A stretch of DNA of 64,000 nt, from NCBI RefSeq assembly GCF_009914755.1, contig NC_060940.1; one strand, given 5' to 3'. The notes under the pieces were generated by a model. It saw only the letters and a list, made by a program, of their open reading frames with translations, searched no databases and was not told the origin of the DNA. Each line of letters starts with the position of its first letter. The first letter of the stretch is position 1. This stretch comes from the human T2T-CHM13v2.0 reference genome, Homo sapiens. Both the position numbers and the translations under genes were made by a program. Shown piece after piece: positions 1-15,179 of this stretch.

Positions 1-560
1 AAAACCCAAGAAGTTGCCATGTCCTATCGAGTCACAGAAGGAGGAGCTTGCCCGAAGTGACAGAATTTTGGTCATGACTTCTGATCTAGATGTTTTTGCT
101 GATGAGTTTTCTCTCAGTTCATTTATTGACGTAGAAGGATATTCTACAGATGCAGTATGTCAGCATAGCAGAAGCAAAAAGCTGCTGTTCCTTTGTTTTG
201 AAAGCATCATCCCTCAAGAATCATGCAAATCAGAAATTCATTATGGAAACTGTGTATGAAGATCATCTGGGAATTCCCCTAAATATAATGCCCCTGGCTG
301 TCATATTGTCCCTCCCATTTTTATATAAAGGAGCATAAAATGCTAGAAATATTACATCCAGGCTTGCATTTAATTTTGCAAAAGTGATGGATTTTAAAAA
401 TTTCACAAAGGGCAATTATATAACACAATATTCTTCTTCTCAGTTATGCATCTGTTGAAGGAAAAACTGGCATCATTAAATGAAAACAAAGTTTTTGACA
501 TTTATGGTTGTCTATTGAGTTTGGCTGACTCTACAAATATTATATTTCCTAAAATTATAA

Positions 561-831
<271 letters not shown>

Positions 832-3501
832 ATAAATTGCTAATTTCTTAAGTAAAATTCTGAACTCTGAACATATATTTCAAACAATGACAAACTGACC
901 TGTTTTATATTCCTAAGTATCTGTGGGTTACAAATTTTCAGAAAACAGATATAATAAAAGCAATAACAACTGCAACGTAATTCATGCTAGTAATAGATTC
1001 TCCATTTTGCTTATCAAAAGTATTTGCTTTTCACAATTACTGTAGCTCTCATCACGAATGTGCATTGAGCTGCTTCTGCTGGGATGCCGTGTTTCAGCTG
1101 CCACATTCTCTGTGGTAACAGCGTTCAGGAAAATGCAAGGGTGTGGATAAGATTCATAGTATTGCCAGAAGCAATTTGAAATTGGCTAGGCAGAAGCATA
1201 ACCTATTTTTTTTTTTTTTTGGTCCACCTTTTCTGATCCAGAAAATGTTGGCATTAACTCTCATTCCCAGCTGGAAGCACTGCTTTATTATGACTCAGTG
1301 GATCAATATACACTGGGAACCATGAACTGTGATAGGTGGCCTGACAATCCGATGAAAGGCCTCATTGGTTTGAGTGAAAATGAGGTTGCATTGTGAGACT
1401 TTCTTTTTATCAAAAAGGACAATTTAGAACTTTCCATTATACATTACAAATAGAAATAAGATGGAGATAAACAGAGCAAAATGATATGTTTTTTCCCTCT
1501 TCTGCCTCACTTGTGCATCTTTCACATCCTGACAGACTTGATCATGCTCCCTCAAAACCCTGACTGATCTTTTTCTTGGCAAATCCAGGGAAACATTCGC
1601 CTGCTTTTTCTAATATAGAATAACTAGTAGCATGTAATCTGAGAAGAGTTTTAAATCTCGGGTTAGGAGATACAACAACAAGGATAATTACACGTTTATA
1701 ACCACAGGTTAAAATCAGATTAATAAATAAAAGTGCCTAGATTGGAAAAATCACCCACCAATGGTTTGTTACATTTGCTTACATTTGCTCTCTTCCCCAT
1801 TTTAACACAATGTAATACTGAAAAATCAAATATGTTGAAACTTCATTTTTTTTTTGTCTGATGAGGTAAAGAAATCATTTAAAACACGTGTAATAATCAA
1901 GAATAAGGCAAACAAATCTAAATGTGTTAGTCCCCGGCAAAAGTAATGGTAATGTATCATGATTTTGACATAAACCTCATAATAGCAAATCTTTTCTCTA
2001 CATTTTTCATAAAATCATGACCCTTGTGCATTCCTCTCATTTGTTTGTAGGCCAGGAGCCAGATGGAACTAGCCAGGGTGCACGGATGTTACAGGAAGCA
2101 ATTCATTGTGTAGTAAAAGGGTCTGCAATTGAAAGCATTTCTAGAATTGAATGCATGCATAGGGGAATATTGTACCTGCTAGCTTCAAACTCTGAATTCT
2201 CTTTGCATACCACCCTATCAGTCTATTGTAGAACACATCTGTTAAAGCCAGCATGTATGTATGTATATGTACACTGGGAACAGTGAAAATACATACATAC
2301 ACACATATATATATATATATTTGCTTATGTCTGTCCAGTTTGTAGAAAAAATCATTGTGATGCCCAATGAATGTGAAGTGATTCTGCCCCAGAATGTGAA
2401 TGTGACTGTACCAATGCTATACATATGGCAAAATGCTTTTTGAATTGGATAGATGCATTAATTCTTCTGACCACCTATCTATACAGGCAAACAGCATTAT
2501 TCTTGATAATCCACATACCGTTTTATAAAGTCATAATATGTAAATGTATTAGCAGATTTGGGGATGTTAAGCACCCAAACAAAATACTCATGCACATACA
2601 GTGAGATATCTTACAGTACTACTACGGTGTATTAATCATTCAGATCTGAAATTGGTTGATACTGTTTTCTTAGGCCAGTTCTAAACCGCTGAGTCTGAAT
2701 ATTAGATTAATAGTTGAGGAATAACACAAAATACTCCATATTTTTCAGTGTTGTCAAAACTTTAGCAGTTATGAATATTGTCAAGATGAGAGAGATTCTA
2801 TTTGTTGTTTAGTCCAGAGACTATTTTCCGTGTATGATCGTATATGAGATCATCTCAAAATCCCTAGCCTCTGCTAGATAAAGTCACCTCTTTCGGTTGT
2901 GTCAGTTCCTTCTAGGTAAATACTCAGATTTTCTGATTTCCTAACCTTCTACTCTTTTCCAAAATGGCAGTGGGTATATAATGTACTCATATGATGTCAT
3001 GGCACGGTTAGATGGGGGCTCCCCTGGCTAATGTTGGTTATTTTGCTAGTGACTACCACAAGATTGTTGGTTGGATCTCTGTGCCAAGGACAGTGACATC
3101 TGAGTCTGATTGAGTTGATCCTAACACTGGATATTTATTGATATACACTATGACATTTAGTGACCCATCTATTCCTTTGAATGGTCTCTTGGCAAAGACA
3201 CCTTTTACTGACTGGGCCCCATGATACTTCTTGTTGGCTATTCAGAGTTCCTGAAGCTGGCTGTGACTTTCTTTTGGCTAATGGATGCAGCAGTTGTGTA
3301 ATAGCCTTTGAGTATTGCCACTTATCAGGAAGAATTCCTCTGGCTAGCTCCCAGCCAGACCCACATTCACTTCTAGGCAGTGCTCTTCAGCTTCTTCTCT
3401 TAGGCTCTGACTGTTGAATGGTTAGGTTACTGGGGAGTATGATTCATTAGGCAGAATCATGGAAAACACATTGTTTTAATAAAAACAAAACAGTGATTTC
3501 C

Positions 3502-4014
3502 TGTCAAAGAAAAATTGCACTGAATTGAGTGAAGCAGTCAAGGAAGGCTATTCAAAAGTATTGTGACAGAGGTCAAGAGTATTGGGAGAGGGATTGAACT
3601 CAATTCCATTGAAACAATTCCGTTGAAGCGCTGGGCTGAGCTAGTGGAAATACACTGGAGGACATTGGGGATGCGGGGGGGATTTGGCCAATGTGATAAG
3701 GCCATCTGTGTTTGCTAATTGGATCTTATGTAAGTTAGGCTCCTACCCTCCCACAGAGCCTGGAAGATGGAAGTCCTGTCTTTCTTGATGATTACATTTC
3801 AAAGGGGTGGCTCCCAGGTCCTTGAGAAAGATATCCCTGGATTGTAAAACTGGCAAGAGGCTGGATGAAGATTTACACCTCAAGGGGCAGAGACAGAATT
3901 TACAATATTAAGTTTTATAAAGTAAATGCTGTATGAAAAGGGAGGTCAGGAGCTTAAAGTCAGAAAGAAACTTGTCTACAGTTGAGTTGAGGGCAATGTT
4001 AAAGCTGTCTTCAT
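3502..4014 (-). mobile_element. ERV1-class solo LTR (MER67/MER31-like)
   Basis: TG...CA ends; motif GGCTCCCAGGTCCTTGAGAAAG...GTAAAACTGGCAAGAGGCTGG resembles recalled consensus; subfamily uncertain. Confidence 0.6.
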
Positions 4015-4068
4015 CACATACATCACTAATAATGTCCCTTCTTGCCTGTGAAACAAAAATTATTACAG

Positions 4069-4177
4069 TTGTCTACAAGCCAGGGAACAAGCCCTTACCA
4101 GGAACTGAATCTGCCAGCCCCTTGATCTTGGACTTCTCAGCCTCTAGAACTGTGAAAAATAAATGTCTGTTGTTTAA
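4069..4177 (+). mobile_element. MaLR LTR 3' fragment (MLT1A/MST-like)
   Basis: CCTTGATCTTGGACTTCTCAGCCTCTAGAACTGTGAAAAATAAATGTCTGTTGTTTAA. Confidence 0.75.
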
Positions 4178-5241
4178 AATAAATAAATAAAGCATGTAAT
4201 TCTATAAGATATGTGTATTCAAGACCGAATTCAACAAATACTTAAGCCCAGAGGTAAACAAATCTCATGAATTGGGAACATAATGCTATACGAATGTGTT
4301 CTAGCATTTTACTAATTGGGGAAATATTAAATGATTTAATCAACCGAATGTCTGAAATTGGTTTTGCACTTTACCTTTTTGATATACTATGCCCTAGTAA
4401 TGCCGGCTTTTCTACCATTAAGTGGAAATGATGTCTGTTGGGTACAGGAGAGTGACTTCAGTTTGTTGACCCAGAAGGAGTGATATGAGAATATTTGGCT
4501 CATGACAGCTTATCATCTCAGTCTGGCTAGGGAAGATAAAAAAAAAAAAAAAAAAAGAAGGTAGAGAAGCAAAAAATGGTTTTTAAATTTCTGGGATATT
4601 GCCAGTAGGCTCTCTCCGATGCATGATGTCATTTACTGAAATGACCTGCCTTCCTGTAAAAGATCTAAATCAAAACTTTCAGAAAGGTATTATAATGGGC
4701 TTAGAAAGCAAAACATGGGCAGATCCTGATTATCATCTGAATTTCCAGACGTTATGTGCTAAAAATCATTTTTCCAAAACTACTAGTTTGAATGAAATAA
4801 ACCTATCTGTGGTAAAAACAAAATTAAGGCACAGAATTTGGCATATTTGTAACTTTATTCTAGTCTTCCAGGGGAAACTTGGCTGTCATAAAATTTGCAA
4901 ATCAAATACACAAATCAAAATGCCTGCATAGATAAAGCTTGTAAATATTTACTTTTCAAAGCACTGCATTATTAAAGATTTCAGAAATGTCCAGTCTGGC
5001 AATACAAGAAGTAAGACTGAAAGTCAGTCTGCCAGTTTGCCATGAGGGAATATTGATTGACAGCAAAGAACTAAAACAGAAGACAATTTAGTGAGGTATT
5101 ATTAATTAAGAACCTTGCTGGGGAGTTGAAGTGAAAAAGCATCTCTTTTTCATCGTATCAAAAATTCCAAAACAAAGCAATACATACATCTTTGAAATGT
5201 AGTTTACAAATGATTAAGCTGTGTAGGTGTGAGGCAATTGG

Positions 5242-5242
<1 letters not shown>

Positions 5243-5274
<32 letters not shown>
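5243..5274 (+). repeat. (TG)16 microsatellite
   Basis: Direct reading. Confidence 0.95.
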
Positions 5275-5277
<3 letters not shown>

Positions 5278-5429
5278 CTCAGTTGAGTGCTTAAACTTCT
5301 GTTTGAAAACTTCATAAAAAATACCGTGCATCAAAGAACAGTATTCTGTGCCTTCAGTTTGGGTACAGTTCCAGCTTTTTCAGTAGGTTGTATAAATTTA
5401 GACCATGTTATACCCACGTGACTACAATT

Positions 5430-6960
5430 TTATTTCAATCTTATATGCAGTAAATACTTTTTTAAGCACCTACTATGTGTCCAGCAATGTGCTAGACACT
5501 TGGGGTCTATCAATGAATAAAACAGGTGAAGACCCCTGGTCTCATAGAGCTTGTATTCTAATAAATATAATACATAAACACTAAAGATACTACATAAAAA
5601 TCATATGCTATATAAAAAAGATGGAGATTTCTGTCAAAAATGAAAAAGTGGTTCAGGGGAAGACAAATGGGAGTAGGACTGCGGAGCAGAAGGAATTTTA
5701 AATGGGAGGACAGGAGATACAAGCCTCTAAGACAGGGTAATATTCGAGCAAGAGACTTATAGGCAGCAAAGGTATTAGCCCAGAGTATCTCAGAGAAGAG
5801 CATTCCTGGCAGAAACAAGAGCTTAATACAGCTTCTGAGATGGAAAATGACTGATGTTCAGTTTATTCAAAGAACAGCAAGGAGGCCATTGTAAATGGAG
5901 GGCAGTGAACTGGGAAGAAGAAAAAGAGAGAAGGTAGAGATGATATGGGGGTGGTTTAAGGGGGCAGATCATTGAGGACATTGCAGGTGGCATAGTGAGA
6001 ACTTCGTCTTTCACTCTGTAGAGTTGAGAGTTCTTGCAGTATTGCAGTATTTTGTGCACAGGTATAATATTTCACACCTGTTGTGTAGAGAATAGAATCT
6101 CAGTGGGCACAGGAAGAAAGAGAGACTTACTAGGTGACTGTTGCAAGAATCCAGGGTTGAATAATATGGCCTGAATCAAAGGAGCATCCATGAAGGCAGA
6201 AAAACAGCAGGATTCTTAATAATAAAGCAGCACCAACAGCATCTTCTGGTGGTTTGGTAGTGTGGTATGAGAGAAAGAAAGGGGTCAAGCGTGACTCTTT
6301 TTTTTTTTTTTGTACTGAGAAACTGGAAGGATAAGATTACCATTATATGGGGCTGGGAAAGGATGTGAATAGAGTAGGATTCAGAAGGAGAATGGAAAAT
6401 CAGTTTTGGAAATGTTAAAGAGATCAAGTAGAATAGAATTCTCCAGTCTTGGGTTCAGGGAAGGAGTGTAGGCAGATTTATGAATAAGGGAATTTTTGAC
6501 ACGTGGGTAATGCTTAAATTCATCAGGCTAAGAGAGATCAACGGGGAGTGAATGCAGAGAGAAAAGAAGGAGAGCAAAGGTCTGAGACCTGGAGAGTCTC
6601 AACTTTAAAAGATCATGTGAGATAAAAGAAGAAACCAGCAATGAGAGCGAGAAGGAGCAAACAATTAGGTAGCAAGAAAATTAAGAGAAGGTGCTTTTGT
6701 GGAAGCTAAGTGAGCAAAGTCTATTTGGGCATTGAGAATGATCACTAGTATCAAACGCCACAGATTGTCCATGTGAACAGGAGACTGAAGCCTGAACGCT
6801 GGATTTAGCAACATGGAGTTCTTGGTGACTTTGACAAGAGCAGTTGCAGTTGAGTGGCAGGGAGTGAAAATCTGATTGGAGTCGGCCCAAGAAGGAATGG
6901 GGTGAGAAAAATTGGAGAGTGATGTGGACCTATATTATTTGAAGACTGTTAACATTAAAA
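5430..6960 (-). mobile_element. L2 (L2a-like) LINE remnant
   Basis: Typical L2 3' end (TTAAGCACCTACTATGTG...GCTAG) followed by degenerate L2 body motifs (GGATTTAGCAACATGGAG...GGTGACTTTGACAAGAGCAG). Confidence 0.75.
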
Positions 6961-7224
6961 GAAGCCAAAAAAAAAAAATAGAATGGGGTCAAGAGAAGTT
7001 TTTTTTCTTTTAAAATGAGAAAAATAAGAGCATGCTGATGTAACAGTGTACTGATGGGAATTATCCATTAAAGAGAATATAAAAATAATGAAGCAGGAGA
7101 GAGGAGAATTGCTAAAGCGGTGACCGTGAGAAGGATCAGCACAAGCAAGGGGCCCAACGAATGTCTTATGTAACTAGAAAGCACGGCAAACACTCTGCAG
7201 GCACAGCAGGACCTAGCGGTCCTG

Positions 7225-7480
7225 ATCTTGTTTTCAGAACTTGATCTCACTTCATTTCTCAACTCTCCTTCTCTCTCTTTTGGCCTCACTCAGACAGGCT
7301 TTCCACAACAATACCTCCTACAGCTTGATGCCTGTATCTTATCTTCTCAGCATTAATAGCAGAAAAGAGTCTGTTCTCCAAATGTCCTCACAAAATCCTG
7401 AAATTGCTCCATGGTCATGGCTCAAGGTCACCTGCCCATCCCTGAAACAATCACTGTGGTCAAAGTAGGCAAGGTCAAGA
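7225..7480 (-). mobile_element. Old MaLR LTR fragment (MLT1J/K-like)
   Basis: GGTCACCTGCCCATCCCTGAAACAATCACTGTGG motif. Confidence 0.55.
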
Positions 7481-10400
7481 TGGAGAAGTGAACATGAGAA
7501 CAGACCGACAGCAACATACACAGCATCAGTAGAGTCACGTTCTCTTCCAGCTGAAACAAACAACACTGGTAAAAATACAAAGCTATTAAAAGGCTCTAAA
7601 TGGTGGCCTGGGGACACGGCACACCATTTAAGGGAGCCAAACAAATATTGGTACCACGTTCTTTCCATTTCCTTACATTATTATAATTTTATGTCAAGAT
7701 GAAAATGATCTGGGCAAACTTGGACTCTTGGGGAAATCTAGATGAAATCGCATTTGAAAAAAAAGTAATTATCTTGGAGGGAAACTTTCTTATGACAATT
7801 TTAATTAAGCCAATTATTTTCTAGGAATTTAGATGTCCTAATGGTGGCTAGAACCATCATTCAATTATGTTCACTTGTGTTTTGTGTCCTTGAACATCTG
7901 TGTCCTTTTACACTTTAAAATCTCGAGGAAGAAATGTAATTCCTTCTGTCTCTGCAGTCTCTACTTGAATAAAGTTGATACGTCGCCTTTACTGATGACC
8001 ACCAGGAATGTCTGTCATGCCATTTTTAATATTACTACGGGATAAAGGTGATTCTTATCTATATTTTAAAGCTCCAACTAAGAGTATTTTTTCTTCACTT
8101 TTTCCTTTTACTTCCCTGAAATTTTAAGATGTGTCTCCCTTACCAGCACTAAATATTGGTGATATTTAGTAGATGGGATATATGAGTCTTAAACATGATT
8201 CAGCCAGCCAGGTAATTTATAATTAAATCACACAGAATAAATTATTTGAACATATTCTTGGGATAAAATATACTACTATGAGTCAAAGATAGTTGTAATT
8301 ACTCCAGGGGTAAAGAATGAAAAATGGGGTGATATGTAAAGTGACATCCTCCCACTGATTAAAATAGTATTAAAAATAAGTAATTTCTCACCTGCACTAA
8401 AGTATTTGCATAGTATTGGGAAAATTTACTTAGCCTCTGTAAATACTTTTGTTTTTTTTCTTTTTAAAAGAGATGTTAAAGCATACTTCATCTCACTAGA
8501 TAATTTTAATAATTAAGTTAATACAACGTATACAATTTCTAGTAGCGTGCTTAGCATACAATAGGCACTGGATAATTTTTAGTTTGCTTTTCTTACAATT
8601 CATAGCAACACATGTTACAGAAGCAAGTCCCTCAGAAATCTGATGTTGAAAAGTGGTAGGCAACAAATAAAAGAGATGCTGTGTTTTGCGGTCAATCAGT
8701 TACAAAAGTTTTTCAAAGCTCAACTTTGCTGTGATCATAACTCTCTTTGGAGCTAATAGCAATAATAATTTTTGTAATTCAAAAAGCACTAACTGCCATA
8801 TACTCTGATGTTTGTTGAATGTGGGAGAAATCAATAGGCACTTAATATGCTTTTAAAATTTAATTCTCATAACAATACTACAGCATTTAAGAGTCTTGTG
8901 AATGGGGAGAACTTTTATTTTTAAATGTGAGTTTTCAGGCTGTAATATGAAAAGTTAAGACATTTTTCCATTTGAATAGATTTATGACACTATTATGCCA
9001 AGTCTCAGTAACAAAGTTAAGGTAGGAGAAAGAGGACGGTGGAACAGGTAAAGGAAACCTGCAGTATGGGGACAAATAGGAACTGGTGGGGGCAAGACTC
9101 TTGTTTTTGTTTTGTGCGTAAATTATCATTAACCATGGAAGAGATGGGGTTGAGAAAAGATGGTCTTTAGTTTCATAAGAATTGGTTTCTTAGGATATTG
9201 AATATATTGGCATACTAAAATCACGAGGTCAAATAACACTTAACTAGCAGTTAAAAGGTTTTCTTAATAAAATAAATACAGTTTATTTGATAGTAATACA
9301 GAGTTTATAATTTGCTGGAGTTAGTCATCACTTTCTCTGTTAACAAAGTAAATATTACAATAGTGTGTTTCCGAGGGCTATGCGGTTTGGCGGTGGCCAT
9401 ACGGCTGGTGGTCTAACCTCAGCTGCAGTTACGTTTGCATTTCATGTCACTAGCTGTCATCATAGGCTGGCCCAAAAAAAAAAAAATTCTGCAAAGAATA
9501 ATCAATTTATCTCTATCGCTCAGTCTATCTGTCTAGCTTATGTCTTCCATTTTACTATTTAGCATTTGTCTTAAAATTAGAACAAGCCTAACACTCTATC
9601 ACACGCTAATACCATGTGCATCTGCAGAGCTGCGCAGCTTAAAACCCGGTAGAGATATTTGGATTCCCTCTGGCCAACTTATCTGGCTGAAATTACTTGG
9701 TATAGCCTAGAAGCCTCTGAATTTCCATTACTTTATCAGTGTACCTCATTAATGATATAGCTTAATTTGCATACCAGTAGTACCTTTTCACCCCAGGTAA
9801 GGAATTGAAATGTTCAAGGTCAATTAACTGTGAATGTTTCAAGTTGGCTGGTGCAGCTGTAACTGTGAGCAGCGCTAGGAAGAGGGAGCAGTCAGTGAGG
9901 GCTTCCTCTTTCTCCTGATGAGAATTGATGATCCGATTTTAACTCACTAGAATCACACTGATTCTTTTCTTCTTGCTGCATTGCTGTCATGTGTTCGCTT
10001 TTTAAAATACTGGCCTGTAGAGGCATGGAAATGCAAGAGAAATACTGTGAAATTCTGGATTTTAGGAAAACATATTCTCAATTCCGGCTTTAGACCATTA
10101 CAATTAACTAGAAAGGGCAAGAAGGAAACTAATCAGTGTTTTCTCAAAGGTATTAGCTGACACAGATGCAATTCCAAGTGTGGAATTTCCAGGCTGAGAG
10201 GGTGACATTATAGGGGCATTTCATTCACCCTTTCCTAACTTTTTCTTGTAAACAAAAAAAATGACAAAAATACAGAGAGATATGCAGTTGTAGCAATAAG
10301 AGAATTCAAGATGCTTGATTAGTACCAGACCCTAGAAGTCTTTCAATTTCTAAAGTTTTGACAGGGCCTGGAGGGAAAGAATAAAATTAGATAGGACAGT

Positions 10401-11511
10401 GGAGAGAAAAACTCATCCACACGCCATGTCCATCATGTGCCTATACTTCAAAGACACGGTCCATTGTAAACTACAGGGAGGGAAGTTGACCCTACTGCCT
10501 GGTAGCTTAATCCTGAGCTTCCCTGATCTCCAGGAGCACCAGTGAGTCTTTTCTACATCCACTGGGAACCACTGATTCCCACCTTTGCATCCTGACCTAT
10601 GAGAGGCACTGCGGTGTCCTAGTTAGGGGCATGGTGCCTCTTGCCTGCTCCATGGATGAGGGCAAAGTGTTCAAACTCTTTGTATCTGATGCACCATCTA
10701 CTATGTAGACTGCACTGAGAATTAATTTACAAGGCCTTCAACAAAGTGCCTGACACAAAGGACTCCCTTGCTCAGCAAATGTGAAGTAATACAGTATTAG
10801 AATAAGTAGAGGAGGATGGATGGTGTTTCATCACATCCTGAAAAATGAAGGATGGAGGAAGCATTGATTCAGATTTTAAAATAATGCCCCAGGAGCAGTT
10901 CCCGCAGAGTTCAAGAACTCCCCGAGCTATTTGTGGGAGGGTGCTATTTAAAGTGTGCTTCAGATCATTCAAGAACACATTCCGTATAAATAACAGTCTG
11001 CAAGGGTAGGAAGTACCCTTCACGGACAGCAGGGCCATGCTAAACAAATGACCCCAAGACACCAAGGGACCATGTCTATGCAACAAGCCCTCTTGCTTAA
11101 AAGATGAGAATATTCTGCTTTATAAGCATAAAGGTAGATAATATTGGTGTACAACGAAACTGCACCCCAAATCACAGGTTCTTTAAGAACAAATACAGAG
11201 AAAATTAAAAGTCAAAACGCATAAACAAAACTTGTAGCATGTAAAAAATTTCTGGATCCACAAAAGAGGAAGAGCATTGTGCTTTTGACACATGGAGTGG
11301 AATACAGTTTTGAACAATGATTCACTTGAAGAAAGATGGAAATTTGATGATGTATCTAATTCTAAAGACAGTATAGTAAGAAACAGGGATTATACCTGAA
11401 TGCAAGCAGTCATTAGTGTGATGCCATCAAGAGAGGAGCTTCTTGTAATATAATGTTTAAAAAGAATTTCAACTTACTTATTTTAGATTAAGGAGTACAT
11501 GTGCAGTTTGT

Positions 11512-11962
11512 TGTAATGCAATTTTTTAAAATGCTGCTTTGACACAGTTTTGACCCCGGCCAGGACTGGTCACTTTCCTTTCTTAGCAGCTGATTATGTC
11601 CATACTCCAACCACTTCCTTTATTAGGTTCTCACCCTTTGCGGTTGCTAAGCATCATTGCTGGGACAGGTACCAGACAACTAGGGGTGTCCTAGTGCCTC
11701 CTAGATAAATTGTTCAGATTAGCCAATTCACAGGAAGCCCACCAAGCCTAGCTAGCTAGCCCTATCCTGCTTGTCATACAGAAGCTGCCTCCTACAGCTC
11801 CAGTTTACCCTTATGCTGTCCTCTGGTGCATCCCCATGTGTGGTCCTGCCTGGCGTCTTCTCTTGTTAGTAGTTGTAAGTAGCAGAGTTCTGCCCTTCAT
11901 CTATCAGAGTATCATTATGCTGTGTTCCACCATCAAAATAATCTTGAAGTCTTATAAAGTAC
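11512..11962 (+). mobile_element. ERVL solo LTR, MER54-like, preceded by a tiny minus-strand L1 3' fragment (about 11465-11511)
   Basis: TGCTGCTTTGACACAG...GCAGCTGATTA...GGTACCAGACAACTAGGG matches recalled MER54 consensus. Confidence 0.65.
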
Positions 11963-12626
11963 TTGTCAACACTGGTGTGTGCCTTCAGGTCCTACAATGG
12001 CATACGCCCTACCATAACAGCAAACATTTATTGAGCATTTCTTTGAATTAGGTCTTGTACTCAAGGTTTCATAAAATGGGTCATGTATGCCAAGAATAAT
12101 GCTTGAATCAAAACTATATAAATTAATGGTAATCTGTATCTAAAATTCCAGACCTTATTATCAGAGCCTCAAGGTGAGCAGCAAAAGAATGGGGGAAGAA
12201 AATGTGCTAACATTCTTATTTGGGGTGCTATATAATTGATGTGGCATTTTAATAAACATTAAATGTTAGATAATATGGATTCAAGAATGAGTCAAACCCT
12301 ATTTCGTAACTTTTACAATGATTATATGTTACTTACATAATCAGCAATGTTAAATAATTCTTAAAATAATTCCCCAAATTATTATATTAAACTGGAAGAA
12401 TGAAGCATCTTAACACGATATACAGGAGTCACATCTACAGTATTTTGGTGTGTGTTGGATCAAATATAACACAGTAAATTATGCTGTGCACATTACTTCT
12501 TTGAACATACATCACAACTTGTATTCTTTACTTCTGAGTGATCAAGCACAGCTTGCTCTATGATTTCCTTGGTTCTCTTTTCCCCCATCCTCTTACCCAC
12601 CACCCTGCTCCCATATAGGATAGAAA

Positions 12627-12816
12627 CAGTGGTGTGTTGGTAAACTGGCTGGGGTGAGGGCAGGTGCTTATTTGCAGAGTTTGCAGTTTCCGTGGTTTAA
12701 ATACTCTCATCATGGCCAATTGCAAAGATGGTTATGTTTAATAACTAGCTTGCAAAATTGAAAATTTAATGATTGTCTCTCACAAACTGTTGGGAACAAG
12801 CTCCAACCCACCACTG
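12627..12816. mobile_element. MER63A-like hAT non-autonomous DNA transposon
   Basis: TIRs CAGTGGTGTGTTGG / CCAACCCACCACTG; degenerate 8-bp TSD GATAGAAA / GATAGAGT. Confidence 0.8.
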
Positions 12817-13383
12817 GATAGAGTTGTGTTATTTTCTCCTGCAAACACGCCATCATTAATGTGTGTTTCAAATGTGGTTTTCAACATCTGTCCCTCCCAA
12901 AAGACTGTAAACATCTTGAGGCCAGGAACTATTTCTTGACTTTTGTTTTCCCAGACTTAACAATGTCCTCCCTTCTCTAAGTCTAAACATGATCACAAGT
13001 AGATTTTTAGTTCCACCACAGCTTTAGTTCCTTCATAGCTTGAAGTTACTTCCTTACATCCAGTCCTGGGCAAAGGGGTAGCAGAGCACACCATTACATG
13101 TGTGCAGTAGACATGCTAGTAAGTTCCCAGTGTTGGCAGGAATGTTCACCTATCATATTAAACATTTTAAATATTCAGCAAGACCCCTAGTTCTCCCAGT
13201 TTTAGAAGGCTATAAAATCTAGAAATGAATACAATTAATTAACATAGACATCATATAATTATACTAAATTCTTACCTCTATATTTTTCTACAATTATAAG
13301 AAGTTTCATATTTTGGATATTTAAGTTCCATAGAGGAATACAGTCGTACTGGCATTTCTTTACAAACATAGATTTTTAACTAA

Positions 13384-13695
<312 letters not shown>

Positions 13696-13936
13696 TAAAT
13701 TAAGTAGACATACAGAATCTGCAGACTTACATTGAAAACATTTTCCAAGAGAAAATATGGTAAATAATCATTTTCCAATACATTTTATGGTAAATTTATG
13801 AGAATACTAAGGGTAAATTTATATTACAGGGTTCTCAAAAATTGAAAAATAAACCCTATTAGTCCATTAAATAGTGTGGGAGTCTAAGAAATAAATAAGA
13901 CTTGTATAAAAAAAGTTTTGTTCAAAAACATAATAG

Positions 13937-14271
<335 letters not shown>

Positions 14272-15125
14272 TGCATTGTCTTTATTTACAATTAGTCAAA
14301 ATAATTTGTTCCTTTTATTTCTTCTGATAACTGAGATTTTTGAAACCCTGTTTCTTTCTCTGGTATATGGGGATTTATATATATAATATGTGGAGTTGTA
14401 TATGTATGTATATGCATACACATGTACGCATATATATGATTTATCTGTAAACCCTTCTCTAGTCTCTGTAAAGTGTATAAATGTGTAAATTGCTGTGTGT
14501 TGTAAACAGTGGTGCAGCTCCTATAAGAGGGAGACTGGGAAAGAGGCATTTTGTGATAAAGTGGGTGATATTTGTAGTTGATTGATAAATAAACCTGGAT
14601 ATGGCATATAAACACCTGATGGAAGAAGAACCTAAAGGATGTTTGTTTGATAACAAAGGAAAGACTTCTTTCTTAGTGCAGAAAAATATTTGTTTGGATC
14701 TTATGTGGGCTAAGAACAATGTACTGCAATCAAAGAACTATTCTCCCCTCTCTGGCTGAGTTGCTGGAACTAGAGAAAATGGGTTACTTAATGAAGCGTC
14801 ATTCTTAGCACACAGATAATTTGGAAGCCTATTTGGGCACATAATGATAATTTTCTTTGACCAGTCAGTTGCCTGTTTTTTGAAACTTCATAGAACTCCG
14901 TTATACATTATAAACTCATTGAAGAAATGGACTGTGATTTACTCACCTTTGTATGTTTAAAGCTCTTGGTGGCCATTCAATCCATGCTTATTGATGTAAA
15001 TTGAATTGAGAGAAGTAGCCCTGCTCTTTCTCTAGAGGGAACAACAGTGGGACTAGAAGAAGTTGCCTATAAGCAGTTTTAAGAAAAGCTGTTTAAAATC
15101 CAAAGCAAGTTGAAGCTGTAAGAGG

Positions 15126-15179
15126 AAAAAAAAACAAACAAAACAACAAAACAAAACACACACACACACACACACACAC
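15126..15179 (+). repeat. A-rich/(CA)n microsatellite
   Basis: Direct reading. Confidence 0.9.

Noticed and set aside
11021-11031. REST/RE1 site (CACGGACAGCA)
   Set aside because: Only the right half matches; the TTCAGCACC half is absent.
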